Shown here piece after piece: positions 12,301 to 25,747 of a DNA stretch of 64,000 nucleotides. The position numbers and the translations under genes are program-made. Below the pieces are notes generated by a model. The model was not told where the DNA came from. It saw nothing but the letters and a program-made list of their open reading frames with translations, and did no database searches. Every line of letters begins with the position of its first letter. Positions within the stretch are counted from its first letter, which is position 1. The stretch comes from Isurus oxyrinchus (Eukaryota). Location of the stretch: positions 48,856,001 through 48,920,000 of the forward strand of contig JANJGN010000002.1 of assembly GCA_026770705.1 (NCBI GenBank). The letters run 5' to 3'.

Positions 12301-15300
12301 CTGTCTTCCGTTGTTAAAGTGCGCATAAAGACGAAAGATAAGGAACAAAGTGATGCAAATGCACATAATACTCGTTTTATCGCTTTGCAGGTGAATGTAC
12401 CCAGTTGCTTACTAATTGTTTAGGTCATGTTAGTCTGTATAATTTGTGTTTGTGGTCTTCATGTTCTTACATACTGTCAACAGTATATTAATGACAGACC
12501 TAAAATGAATGAATTTGGATTCATTTCTAGCATTTACAAGCTGAAGAGTTGATATTTTCCTTGCCAGTTTTTTGACAGTAAAAATTTGAGGTATTAAAGG
12601 CTGTGCTAAATGTAACTAGGCATTTGTATATTTATCACTTTACTACTTCTTGGTTACAGTGTTCTATTTTACAATATTGTATTGTTAAAGCAACTTTTCA
12701 GCATTGTGTTAAATATGTTGTATTTATGGTTCACATAGGAACATTTGTGCGCTTGCTTTAACCCTTGTAACATGGCAAGAATGACTTCACCAGAATTAAA
12801 GGGCAAAGCAAAATGCAACATTTACATCCATTGGCTGATTTTTGCATTTATTTAATGTTTCACTCTATATTAGGTTTTTGTATTTACAGATCATTGGTGC
12901 ATACAGAGTGCACAAAAAATTATTGTTATTAAAGGGAACAAGTACTTTATGGGTTAACATACCTCTGGTGAGAGACAGGCTGGCCATTAATGGAGCAGCC
13001 ACTACTAATCTGAATTAATTTAAAATAAATATCCCATAAATATAAATGTATTTAAAATAAAGCATGGTATCATATTTATACAATTTGTGATCTATTTCCC
13101 ACAATAAACAAGTGTTCTGCCTGGTTAGGTGTAAGAGTTGGACAGATCAGATATCACACTGATAATAATTGGAAAAACAAAAGTGCTGGAAAATACCCTC
13201 ACTTTCCTTCAACAGATGTGGATTTTTTTTGGGAGAGTGGAGATTTCCTGTTGGCATCTGCATCAATGGCACAGGAAGATATGCAGCATAGTACGATGAT
13301 AAGTTTTAAAAGTGTGCTTTTTCTGCAATTTTGCATGTTGCGAAGATTCGTTATGAACCTCTCCGCATGAAGGTGTGGTATTTTTATGTGGTAGACATTG
13401 CTGTGGTCATTACACTACTTCTATTGTAGTTCCATTGAACAATGATGTGTTTACACTGGCTTTATGAAGAAATGTATTCTGTATACGAATACACAGCAGA
13501 TTGCTTATGCTTTCCTCTGTGCTTATTGCCAAACATTGGGTTAATGTAAAGTTTGTGTTCAGAAAGGATGCAGAATTCTCACATTGACAAGTGCAAAGTG
13601 GCTGGTTCTATGCTGAAGCAGATTTTGCAGGTTCTGTTGGTACATGCTGTGGCCAGTTGACACAATCCCACCAAAAAGCAGGATCCGACACAAATAAATA
13701 TGAAATGTGTCGGGCTGGTCAATACCATATGATCCAGGCCATTGCACATGATAACATTTCTTCTAAGCAGCACATCAGAGATGAAATAGATTGTAGGTAC
13801 GTACTGTCAGTACAGCATATAACAATATCAAGGGCTGGTCATGTGCGATTGATGGAGCTAGGTGCACGGTTGCTCCTCCTGTTTGTAACCAGAAAGGATA
13901 AAAAAATGTTTTGTCATTGTATACGTGCAACAGTTTTTTTTTAAAGGGATAGGTTGGAACTAGAATAAACATCTTGTTTCTATTTAAAATGTTCTCTTGG
14001 GTGATTTGAAAGTCAAAGGAGCTGGGTGCAGCCATGTGGTGTTTTATCTGAAGAACTGTAAGTGTAGTGTGAAGAGTGTGCATATCTGGATTGTGAAACT
14101 CTGGTGTAAGACTATACTTCTACCGCCTATACAGTGCCAGGATCTTCTAAAGTGACAACTTAATGCAGTTTTCAAGTGCCATTTGAATGGCGTTTTTTTT
14201 GTATGTGAGTACTGACAGGTATATCATTAATTCGCTGCATTTGACTTAAATGTTGGATAAATTGAATTTAAATTATAAGATGAAAAATTATGAAAACTAG
14301 AAATATAAGAAGTGCAGAAGTTTAGCCTCCAAGTAAATTTTGGCTGTGTTAGACTGGACAAACTATGAATTGTAGCAATAATTACTTGTGCTTAATCTTT
14401 GATTCCATGGCACATGTATTTCTAGAATCTATACACAATGAAACTGCATATTGATGAAATCTGTAAACTCAGCTGAATTTGGTCTTCATCCATACCATAA
14501 TTAGACAGAATTCTTCTTTGTTAAATATTTTCAACATGTATTACGTGATCACCAAATCTTCAAGAAGCATTTACAAGAAAGCAACTGCCAGCACTATTGC
14601 GCTTGCAGAATGGTTAATTTAACATCAGAAGCAATTCTGAGACAGCTTTGCTTTTGGACAGTAAAAAGGGTTTACATTGGGTTAACAGAATGCAGGGAGA
14701 CAGCCAGCTGTTGGAGCTCGCATCATTTGAAGGAGACCATGATTGGAGGAGCTGTATTTCAGAACAGTTCTTGCAATGGCTTTGACGCCGGTTAGCCTTT
14801 CTACAATTGCTTCAAGCCACATTGTCGTATTGCTCTGTAGCAAGCAATTCATGTCAACACAGTGAAGATATTGGTGTTTGCACAGGGGAAGTATTTGTCA
14901 TCATACTTCTAATGGATCCTTAATTTTCAAGTTGAATATGAAGGTGTAAAAGCCCCCCTATTAAATTTTTCCACATGAGCCCTCAGCTTTATTCCAAATT
15001 TGCAAGATAGAGAACAAACCTGCCACTTTGCAAAATTAAGAAAACATGTAAGTAATGTAGCTGGCTCAACATGCGAAACTTATTAACCATTCCAGACTTT
15101 TAAATTTTAAAAAAGGTAAAAATGACAAGAGAGCCCTTTAAGAGCAGCTTTCAGGTTATGGTGGAGTCTGCATTTAGATTTTAACCTTTTTTTAAAAGAT
15201 AGAATGGTGCTTGCCTTTAAAATCCATTGGGAAAGACAGTTTAGCTTTAAAAAGAGTAAAAAAATCCTTCATGGATTTTATATAGAAAGGTGCAAAAAAG

Positions 15301-15629
15301 GACTATTGTAAATGCTCAGTAAATATATATCATGAGAATTTAATTCTACTCCACAAGAACTGAGAATACTACAGGCAAAATAATTGTAATAAACCTGTAG
15401 TAAAATGTGTTCTATTAGCACAATCAGTCATTTTTACAGTAACTTCTGCAAAGAAGCAAATGAACAGTGTTCCTTTAAGCTTTTTTTGTACACTGCTTTA
15501 AGGCTAATAGAAAATTGTGCTTTAAATGCTGTACTGTATATGGTTGTGGAATTTTGCTTCCCTCCTCCCAGTTTAGAGACTTCCCGCCTACTGTACCTGC
15601 ATTGCTTCCCTAAGCCAGTGTAGGAATTG

Positions 15630-15897
15630 TCCTGTCTGCAGTGCTTTCCTCTGAGTGGCTGCAATCCCACCAATGCGATGACTGGTGAGGTCGGGGATTG
15701 CATATGTAAAGACCTGCTTCATATTAATAAGCTACAATCGGGACTTTAAGACCTTGATTAGGAGAGTGCGAGCCTGGTCCCAGCTGGCTTTGCCTATAGG
15801 CTGTCACCAGAGAACATTTGTGTTAATTGCGCCACTCTGTCAGGGAACTTTGATTTATTGCCAGGAGTGTGGGCTCGAATAATGGTGCTGAGCGCAC
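15630..15897 (+). promoter_or_regulatory. ESRRG: ESRRG proximal promoter and 5'UTR of the long isoform
   Basis: Directly upstream of the ATG, with CCAAT at 15670-15674, an AT-rich ATATTAATAA at 15721 and locally retained CpGs. Sequence from 15729 (aagctacaatcgggactttaagaccttgattaggagagtg...gcctataggctgtcac...gagaacatttgtgttaattgc...aactttgatttat) resembles the mammalian ESRRG 5'UTR as I recall it; not verified by alignment. Confidence 0.75.
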
Positions 15898-15953
15898 ATG
15901 GATTTGGTAGAACTTTGTCTCCCTGAATCTTTTTCTCTCCACTACGACGAAGA
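15898..15953 (+). CDS. ESRRG: ESRRG first coding exon (long-isoform N-terminal extension)
   Basis: ATG at 15898 reads MDLVELCLPESFSLHYDE plus GA, then donor GTAGGT at 15954. This matches the mammalian ERRgamma N-terminus MDSVELCLPESFSLHYEEE as I recall it. It joins in phase 2 to G-CTT-CTC-TGC-AGA-ATG at 41639, giving E-L-L-C-R-M. Confidence 0.95.
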
Positions 15954-18188
15954 GTAGGTACCTTTTTTTTCCATTCTGGGCTTTTTGCTTTGCAAGGCTA
16001 TAGGGGTTTGCTGTATATGTGTATGTCCCTGTGTGTCTGTGCTGCTTGCTTGCATGTTTTGTGCCAGGATTACGTCCTACTCTTCAGTGCAACGGATGTT
16101 CTCTGAATTATCTCCAGATTCCCAGAAGCAGTCTACTGTTACTGCATATTGTGCTGCTATTTGTAATTTAGCCAAAGATGTGAGAAAGCCAAAGGAATGG
16201 ACAAGGACTGTGCTGTCAAATGCTATATATTTTTTCTGTATCTATTATATATCTAGAATTTTTTAATGCTTCATTTTAAGGGATGTGAGGATTTTTTTTT
16301 AAAAAAAGCCTTTCTTGATTTCTTGCTGTAAAAGCTAATTTGTATGATTGGTTTTTATAATCTACTTAATGTAGTTGCATTCGAATGAAATTTGTACACA
16401 TGGCCTTTGTTTTTGAATCTAAGGGGGGATTTTTAACTGTGGCAGCTTGCAGCAAAAAAGGACGGGGGTGGGGTGGGGGGGGGGCGGTGGAATAAGCTGT
16501 GCCTTGATCTCAGTTAGCTGACAACTTGTCTCAAGTTATTTCACTTTTCATTGTATCATTCATCTCTTTAAACGATCGCCCCTGTTCAAGTCAGCAACAG
16601 GCTCGGGATATAGGAAGAACGTCACAAACCTGTATGAAAATACCTTCACATCTCAAAATGCCTCGAATGGAGTTTTTTTTCCCCTGCTGATCAGCTGGTT
16701 TTGCATATTTGCACAGAGCTTTAAATATTGCAAGAGGTCAGATGTTCCATTTGAAAGATGCTGGATGTACACTGTGACAACCTTGCATTTACAGGGAATA
16801 CGGCTATTTAGTGTGTTCATTTGAATGTATTTCGCTGCACTCTTTTGTTGTCAGAGCCTCCTGTGCTACAGTAATTAACCTGCAGTAAAAATAAAACCTT
16901 TGCGGCTCCTGATTTCATTCCCCACCAAAGCTTTTTTTTTAACAAGTATATTCCTTGTCTTTGTGTTCACTAAACCTTACAGAGCTGCAGAAGCCTGCCT
17001 ATAATATTTTAATTGGAAAGACTGAGAAAAAACAATATATTTTTGATCTGCTCAATGTGTGCCTGTGCCACTGTGGTTAAGCTCTCCAGAGGAAATAGGC
17101 GATTACACTGAAGCAGTTTGTGCTGTATTATCTCTTTTACATTCACTCGCCTTATATTAAATTGTCATTGTCCTAAACCGAGAGAGAAATGAATTGCAGC
17201 TTTCAGTACTGTCTGGCAGTGAAATATTTACCCCCTGTGTCCCCAATCATACTTCACGTGTGTTTGATAGTATGGTGCTGACATGAACAATCTCACTGGC
17301 TTGCTGCTCAGTTATTGCATCTTCCTTTGCTTTTCCCTCCCTGGACTTTTAAGTGACAAAAAAAAAGTTGCTCATCAGAATCCTAATGCTACTTTCTCTC
17401 CTTGCCACATTTACATTGAAATACCTGTTCAGCCAATATCGAATGTCACATCAAGTGTAAGCAAAATGTAAACTGATATAAGGCACATTAAAGGGTGGTG
17501 CAGCGAGCCAGATTTAGCTCTTTCTTGGAAAAATGGCCTTTCCTTAAATGACCGCTCAAGCTGTCGTGGCACGAGCAGAGCGCAACTGTTTGTTGCGCCG
17601 GCCGCTTTACTGTACCCATATGGAGCTTTGTAATTGGCTTCAGATTGTATTAGTTGGTAGAGCCTTACAGATCAGCATTGTCAGGTTTTAACATTAGTAT
17701 GAATGACACCTGTCCAATCAATCATGTGGCCACAGCTCCACAGATGGAATGGGTCTTGCCTGCTTCAACATGCTGCTGAATCACAGCACAGACTTGGCTT
17801 AATTCGTATTATTGTTCTTTCTGGAAATCAAGAGGAGAGGTTCACTCCACACTTAAGGGCAGTGCTCAGGCATAAAAGTGCATGTATGGGGGGAGGGGGT
17901 TGGAGATAGCTGGCGTAATGGCAAGTGCTATAATTGGCTTTACTGTGTTAAACTAATCCCAGCAGGTTACACAGATAAGGCATTGCAGAACAAGTATATG
18001 TCCAGCTTCACTTGAGGCCCAATGCTGGTGTTGTCCAGTTGTCCAGCCTTTGAATTCTCAAGCAGATAACTCTAGCAGTGACTTTATATCTTACTGCTGC
18101 TAAGGATTCACCTTTTTTGTCTTTTTTAGGTTATTCTGCTCGTTTATGCATTCTTCTTTGTCTAACTTGTAAATTACCTTGATGTGTT

Positions 18189-18212
18189 TATATATATATA
18201 TATATATATATA
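18189..18212. repeat. (TA)12 microsatellite
   Basis: Read directly from the sequence. Confidence 0.95.
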
Positions 18213-19967
18213 TTTTAAATACTTTTGCACAAGATATTCAAATACAAAATTTAGATTTTCTGAAAATAAATATTAACTGGTACACTTTTTATACTTATTT
18301 GAATAATTTAAATCAAATATGCCTTTAAAATTTAGCTGGGCAAAGGCTCCAGCATTTATTAATTTGGCTACATTCTGTTACTAACACTTTTTTTATCGTG
18401 ATAATGCCTCAGATAACTTAGAAAGTACAGGATGTAATAATTATCCTGTTCAGCTACTCGATAAAATGATGAGAGCTTTGAAATGTTGATATATTTTGAA
18501 TAGGCATAGGCAATCATTTCTGGAGGCAGCTTGTTACCCAGTGTGAATAAAATACCAAGTTTTACATCAGTGAAACTCAATGATTCATACTTTGGATTTC
18601 AATTCACATAGCAGTAAGCCATGCTGTGGCATCTCAGTGTTTGAATTTTATTTTTCTACTTGCAACAGTGTTGGATAATTCAACCGAGGAGACATGCGTA
18701 AAATGATTCCCTTTTCCCAAAGTCGATTTAGTGCAGCTATTTCATTTTCATTCAGTCTGCTTTAGGCAAGCATGCAATCCAGAGGGTTATTTTTTCAATT
18801 TGTTACAGTAAGCATCTATAAAAAGATGATTTTTAAGTTCAGAAGTTTTAATTTCTATATATCCAGAAAAGTTTAAAAGCTATTTCAAATAGTTGAAATC
18901 TATTTTAATTTTAAAATAATGTTTGTAGAAAAGGGGTTTACATGCAAAACCTTATAAGTTAGAGTAATTCAATAATTCTTCAGTTGGCTGCTACTGAACT
19001 CCAGGATAGTCCCCGTGGATATTGTAATTAATATATGGACCTTTTGGTCAAGTTCTTTTTAATTCCTCAGCTCAAGCTTGGGTAGGAAGCTAGGTTTTAA
19101 TTTTATGTTGGACAATATAATCTTCAATTGTAGCTACATTAGACCTTTAAACAGTTCTATTTTGTTAGCACATTTGAAGGAGCAGTAATCACTGCAGCAA
19201 TCCTTATTCTTTTTAATCAACATCATAAGTTGCAATTTAGTCCCCTGCATGTACTTCAAATTTGTCTTGACAGAATGATGTTCGTATTGAGTAGCATGCC
19301 ACCAAAACACGTCGCACAAAGCATGGATAAAGGAAGATGATAGTTAGCCCTGACAGATTGTTGGAATATAGCGACTCTGTACCAATGACAGCAACTTTCA
19401 TCCTCGTGGAAGGCAGCGGGTCATACCTTAATTATTTTAATCTTTTCTTCCCCCCTTTTTCCCTTCTGGATTGAGTACAGGGAGTTGGGTGTTGGTCAGG
19501 TTGTTTGTGTGCATGATGTAGGTTATTCCCTAAAACAAAACAGTTTGGTACAAATCTAGTCAGCAGCTGGTGTGTGCAATGCAAAAACAGGCTTGTGCCA
19601 GAGGATGTGGACAACCCAAACAGGCCAAGCCAAAATGAGAAGCGTTCTTCCGCTGGGCTCGGTTTGTTTCCTAAACAAGGAGCAGGGTGCCTTAGGAAGA
19701 TCTCCGCCCTACCAGTTAAAAAGATGTCCAAGAATTAATTTGTTTTAATTTTTATTCAAATCATTCAAGCTTCTACTAAAAGAAAAACCAGATTATCAAA
19801 TGAATACTGACTTGAAACTGGCGGTATTTTTTTTTTTAAAGTGTGCTGGTCCAAGCTCTTATTTAATTTGGATTGCAAATATTCTTGCACTTTGGCCTTG
19901 ATGTGAAGTAGTTTCCAATACATGTCAACAGGAAAGGTGCAGTGTCAGGTGCCAATCGAACTCGAAA

Positions 19968-20084
19968 GGGCGGAATTTTACACTGGTGGGATTTTCAGTC
20001 CCCCCGAAGTCAATGGACTTTTGAACAGCTCGTCGCATTTTACGGCCCCGTCCCTGCAATGATGGTGCTGTAAAATTCCACCCC
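19968..20084. mobile_element. Short MITE (~117 bp)
   Basis: TIRs GGGCGGAATTTTACA / TGTAAAATTCCACCC (14/15), AAA on both flanks. Confidence 0.75.
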
Positions 20085-22809
20085 AAAGCCAGATGTCAAA
20101 CCATTTGGACTGGGGTTGATGTGCATTATAACTCCAATCTGACATGAATCTGGGTTTTAAAAGTTGAAAGATCTAGCTAGCCTATAAACTTTATATTGGG
20201 ACTTTTTAATGCTAAAAACAAGTGGATGCTCCAACCTGCTCTCTCCCTCATGTTAAAACACACACCAGGGAGCAGAGCTTTATCATGGCATGCACAAAGT
20301 GATTTGCAATCTGCAATATGACTTTCACCAACTTTACTTTGTACTTTACAGCAATTGGTTTTTGACCCAGTAGTATAACTTAAGAGGTTTCATAAAAGAG
20401 GTAGAACACACCTGATTAAGACTTGAGGACAAAATTTTTTTATTTAATGAAGAATGTAATGGAAAGTAGCTTTGAGACACTTGAAAAAAGGGGAAGTAAT
20501 TACAATACATGCGTGATTTGCACCTTTCAGGTTTAGCAATTTATGGAGATATAATCGACAAATATGTTCACCATTTTGGGCATTAAGAAGATAGAGAACC
20601 TACAGTTCTTGAAAGCCATGAGCATCTATAGGTGTCCAATTCACTTGCACATTTATATTCTCCAGTTTTCCCTATGTTCATCTTAAAACAAATAATTTCA
20701 TCTGGACTGTTTATATGTAAAGCATATATATTAAACTTAGCTATTATTTCATTTCTAAAGAAAATAGAATTATTAATCTTGCAACAATTATTTAGCCACC
20801 TTTGACAAAATAGGACAGCGTCAGAGGTCTTTGGTCAATGCACAATTTTCAAGATGAAATAGAAGGATCCAAAAAAAGAAGCAGAATTTCAGACGAAGCT
20901 GGATTGACGCTAATATACCTGGAAGGGAGCTAGTTCGTGCTGAAGCATCCAGCGTCAGACAGGGCTGTGTGCCATCTGTCCCACCTGCTGCATAGTTAGT
21001 CCATCTGGTTATTCAGAGTGTGCTTTGTGGGTTTTACCAGAGCAGCTTCAGTGCCAATAGGCAAGCAAGCAGAGTAAATTATTTAAGCAGCCAATGTAAA
21101 CTGAAAGCTCTCACCCTAGATGCTGGGGATTGTGTTAAATGCTTGAAAGCTTCTATTTGCATATAGATTTAGATACAGTATATAGATCATTGAGGAGATT
21201 ACAACCAAATTATCTTTATCTGGATCCTTACAGGGCATCTTTTTTGCCTGTATTGGGTAACAACATGAATATTTCTTGATGGTATTTTTCTTTTGCATTA
21301 AGAGGAAGTTAAAAGGATGTGATTTATTTTCAGTATAGCCGCCCTTTAACAGAGCATTAAGTGTTACCGAATTTGCTAGAACCTCTTTAGAATGTCAAGT
21401 CTGCACATTTTATTATTCCCTGTCACCAATTCACTTGCTGAGCACTCTTTGCAAATCTGATATGGGATTTCGAATGGAAAAGAAACAATTGGAAAACATA
21501 GAACCAAAAGAGGCGGAATAAATCAAACAAGGAGTTTAAAGACAACCACATCCATCTAGTCCATGCATCTCTGTTCCACATATTTCAAAGAAAAATGGAT
21601 TCGTGGGGTGTTTAAAACACTAGAAATTTTTGTTAGTGGTGCAAATGCTCATCTTGTATGCCAGAACCAACTGTATTCCCCTTAATTAGAGCGAATATTT
21701 TTATTTACTTTTAAAAGGTTCACCGAGTTAAGTGCAATAAATTCCTTATTTCACCAGTAAGAACATGAGCCCCTGCCTCACAGCAAAATATGCTATAGCT
21801 GAACATTATGGCAAAAAAAACCTTATACTACATTTTTTATTTTGCAGGGACAGGGCGAGGTGCAAGTTACTTTTCTTGATTTAACATTGTAAAAGCTCCT
21901 GTCACAACTCCAAACCAATATAATTTCAGAAGAACAATATAATGTTGTCATTTTTTCAGGAAATCGAACTTTCACCAAGCATACGTGGATTTTAATGTAG
22001 ACATAATAGGCTGTAATATATGCTGTAATAATTCCAAATCCACAGATTTTAACTATTTGATCTGAAACTTGCTTCTTTTGGACCTGGAATTTACTGAATG
22101 ACCAAGAAGTTTGACTTGCACCTAAAACATCGACACAGTTTATTCTTCTCTTCGGCCATCAAAAGTAGAAACTGAAACTTTCCTGGCAAACTCCAGGAAT
22201 AAAAATTTCAAAGGGAACTTGAATTTTGTTTGCAGGACCCCAATTTGCATATTTGAGAAATCTATCGCTTGTTTCAAGCTGGTGCTCCGGGTAGTTAAAA
22301 ATTGCCCAAGCAGTTTGTACCTAACAGGTTGTGATATGAAATTTGTCAGTCTAACGTTATTTTAAGCTAGTGGAGGGTATGAGTTGAATTGCTTGCTGTA
22401 AAGTTTGATGGACCAATTGGAAATGTATTTTGCTGCAGTGCTAATACCCATGTTTAGCCACTAGAGGCTACTAGATCATTTTTATGTCACTAACTCGTGA
22501 CTTAAATGGTACTGCCCGCAGCTTGTTGATAAAAATTCAAATGATGCCCGAACCTGAAAATGGATTGGACCCTGGGCTGTGGCCTTGGGTTGTTCCATGG
22601 TTGCACCACTGACTTCATACCCATTTTAGGTCAGAGTTGAAAATTCCCCACCATTTCCATTGAAAGCTTGGCATAACAAAATTGCCATCCTTTTAAAATC
22701 CTGAGTTGTGAACCTTGCATTACTGCAACTGAATCAGGTAAATTTGTGTGTCTCCAGTCTAGTTGACCCACATTAGTTCTTTTTAGTTAGTATAGTACCA
22801 TATTCTTTC

Positions 22810-23125
22810 AATATTTTTCCTCTTCCTTTGTCTCCCTCGCTGCAGGACAGATATTTTCATATCAGGGCCATATTCCGCAGGAGCCAACATCCTTCAGTAC
22901 CTTGTTGAAATGGTTCAAGTGTGAGCTTTGGACAGTGAGTGCTGGAGGGCTATTTGGCTGCAAGAGGCATCACAATGAAGCAAAATCCAACCCATATATA
23001 GCTTCTAGAATGACACTGAATTGCAAGGAGAAGTGGGTCCCCTGGTTGACTAGTGTTAATATTCACCTCTAACCTTGAACCAATTGTATTATCACAGCTG
23101 CCGTCCTGGTGGAGAGCAGAACCTT
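22810..23125 (-). mobile_element. LF-SINE-like ancient SINE remnant
   Basis: gtgtgagctttggacagtgagtgctggagggctatttggctgcaagaggcatcac resembles the reverse complement of the LF-SINE core as I recall it. Confidence 0.5.
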
Positions 23126-25643
23126 TTTAACACTTCAGACAACTAGCGCAAGTAGTTCAGGAAATAATCGAGCGTTAGCTGAAAATTGTGATGCGTTGGA
23201 TAATGCTGTGTGCAGATTTCCGAACCAGAAGTTACTAAACTTCTGAACAGAGATTTGAATATTCATGTTTGGGTTGAAATGAAGAGTATTGCTTGTGAAG
23301 CAGTTCTCTGTGTGAGCTGGTCAAATAAAAAAAAATGTTAGTTTAAGTGATAGGTTTAAACATTCCTCGAGAACAATCTGCAGCATAGCTGTCGTAACAT
23401 ATTGTCATTGCACAATATAAGACTAGGCATGCAGTGCAATGTATCTTAGGAGTGCAGTTCACATTTCCACCAGTGGATAGAAATTGAAAATGCTTGAATT
23501 GCACAGGAGGACCATCAGCATCTAAAAGAGAAAACATAGATTCGTGTTTCTGCAGTGGACGTTACCTTTCCTCTTTCGATACTGGCAAAGCTGCTGTTAG
23601 CTTGCAGCATTTTCCATTTTTATTTTGTACTGCCACCATTCCTGGTTTGACTTTTTACCTTTTATAACCAACAGTTGCCAGCAGTACACGAAAGAGGATA
23701 TTTTCACCTTTGGCCCAGAGGAAGCAATTGTCTCCCTTTTTGTGTGCATCAGATTAGAATCTCAATTAATTGTCATGGTATGGAAATATCATCAGCTCAT
23801 GTCCTGTGAAGGGTTATGTTGTCTTATTGCCATGCGGACCAGCTGTGAAAGGAGTGATCCTTGATTGGCTTCTCCTTTAGATTTGTTCATGTCAAACCTA
23901 CTAAGATCAATTCAGATGAAAAGCCCTAGTACGGTGAGTACTGCGTTCTGCATATTTTGTGACACCAGGTAGCCCCACCACCACCACCTCCCCCCACATC
24001 AGTAACCACAGCTCCCATGTACTGTCATTCTTCACATGTTCAGCAACTCACACCTCGCCCCTTCAATTCTGAAGTGCATTACAATAGTCCCTGGTCAGAA
24101 GAAAAGTCCATCTGTTTTGGAAAAATAGGAAGATGTTAGGCTTTTACTGATAGATGGGTTAAATCAACTGATTTAACTGATTTCCCTCCAGAGGTGATAT
24201 TTTATTTATATGATAAAATGCTTGGAAAGTGATTAATTTGTCAAGGGAATGTCTTGTTACTGTAAATTTACTGAAACTGTAATAAGTGTATTGCTGCTAC
24301 ACAGATGGGGCAACAAAGAGGCAATGACTAATGAAGAGATGGAGATTCACAAAATGTCTTATCACAAGTAATTTAATTTTTTATAAAATACTTTTTAGTT
24401 TTAATTCAGAAAAGCATAGAATTAGGTATTAGCATTTCTAGCAAGGCCTCCAAATTATAGCAGTGACTGCCTGTTTTGTCAAGTAGATTAAGTTAAATGT
24501 ACTGTCATTTGTAAAAGCTTCATGTAGCCACAAAAGAGAAAGACTGGCCATACAAAATTGCTTCTAACCTTTTGTTTTAGGCATCTGATATACAATCAGA
24601 GGGGTCGGGGTCGCTAGGTGGACAGAGTGTGCTGTGGCATATGTTAAGCAGCAAATGCGGTGAATTTTTGTCCAAAAGATAGTGGGTGCGAAATCATGCT
24701 TGTTAGTGCAAGATTTTTGGGTGTTCCAGTGTCCGTAGAGCCTTAAAATGGGTCTGTGGCACATGTACAAGTGCACATTTGAGGGGCAAATTGCACCTGG
24801 CACCATATTGGTGAGGCATTAGAGCACATGCAGTGGACGTTGGCCAGAAGTGTGCAGAGCAGGCAGACCATGATGGTGCATAGCATGCTGTGCTGATTTG
24901 ATGCCAACACTGCTATTTTGAAGCTCAACACCACAACCAACTTAACACTGCAAAGCTGAACACACAGTCAGCATCAGGAAGGATGCCACACAAGTGCAAT
25001 TTAAAGGAAGTGTCAGCTACTTACAGGTTAGTTGCTGGATGATTTCTTCTGTTGCTGCCATGATTCTACAAGTGTTTGGTGCTTCCTGTATTTGTTACAA
25101 GTTACAAAAGTCTACATGGAGTGGTTTGTCAGGTGCTCCTCCCAGACATTGGTACACTAATGGTTATACCAGTATGACTTGGAGAAAGAAGAGGGGCCAC
25201 ATAGAGCAGGACATACTGCTGGAAGAGGGAGGAGGAGGAGAGAAGAAGGCCATATCTTCTGGGGTGCTCAGGAAGCAATTCTTTTACTTCAGCCTCAGCA
25301 AAGAACAACATGTGAGACGTCTGCGCTCACCAGCTGCAGCCACAAATGCAACCTCAGAGCAGGGTAAGAGCTGCACTGTCAGTGCTGTGAAGGTGACTGT
25401 AACTTTCATGTGCCTAACTCCTTTCAGGCTAGAGCTGAAGGTATTTAAAACATCTTGCAGTCTGCCATCCGCTGCTACATTAGGGAAGTCACTGACACTC
25501 TACTCAAAAAAAGCTACCTATATTTCACTCTCTCTTGCTAGAGATGCTCAAGGAGAGTGAACATGTGCTCTTACAGCGCTTCCCCATGATGCAGGGCACT
25601 ATCCAGTGTACACACATGGCTCTGCAGGAGCCACATGTCAACT

Positions 25644-25747
25644 CTGAAATGAAAGCAGAAAATGATGGAAATACTCAGCAGGTCAGGCAGCACCTGTGGC
25701 GAGAAACAGAGTTAACATATCAGGTCGATGACCTTTCATCAGAACTC
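25644..25747 (-). mobile_element. Penelope-like pLTR fragment (older subfamily) with decayed hammerhead at 25709-25747
   Basis: ctgaaatgaaagcagaaaatgatggaaatactcagcaggtcaggcagc...; minus strand GAGTT-CTGATGA-AAGGTC-ATC-GACCT-GATA-TGTT-AACTC, with GAAA mutated to GATA. Confidence 0.75.

Noticed and set aside
23510-23625. Possible very old Penelope palindromic remnant (similar trace at ~13170-13230)
   Set aside because: Too degenerate to support without a profile search; no hammerhead core remains.
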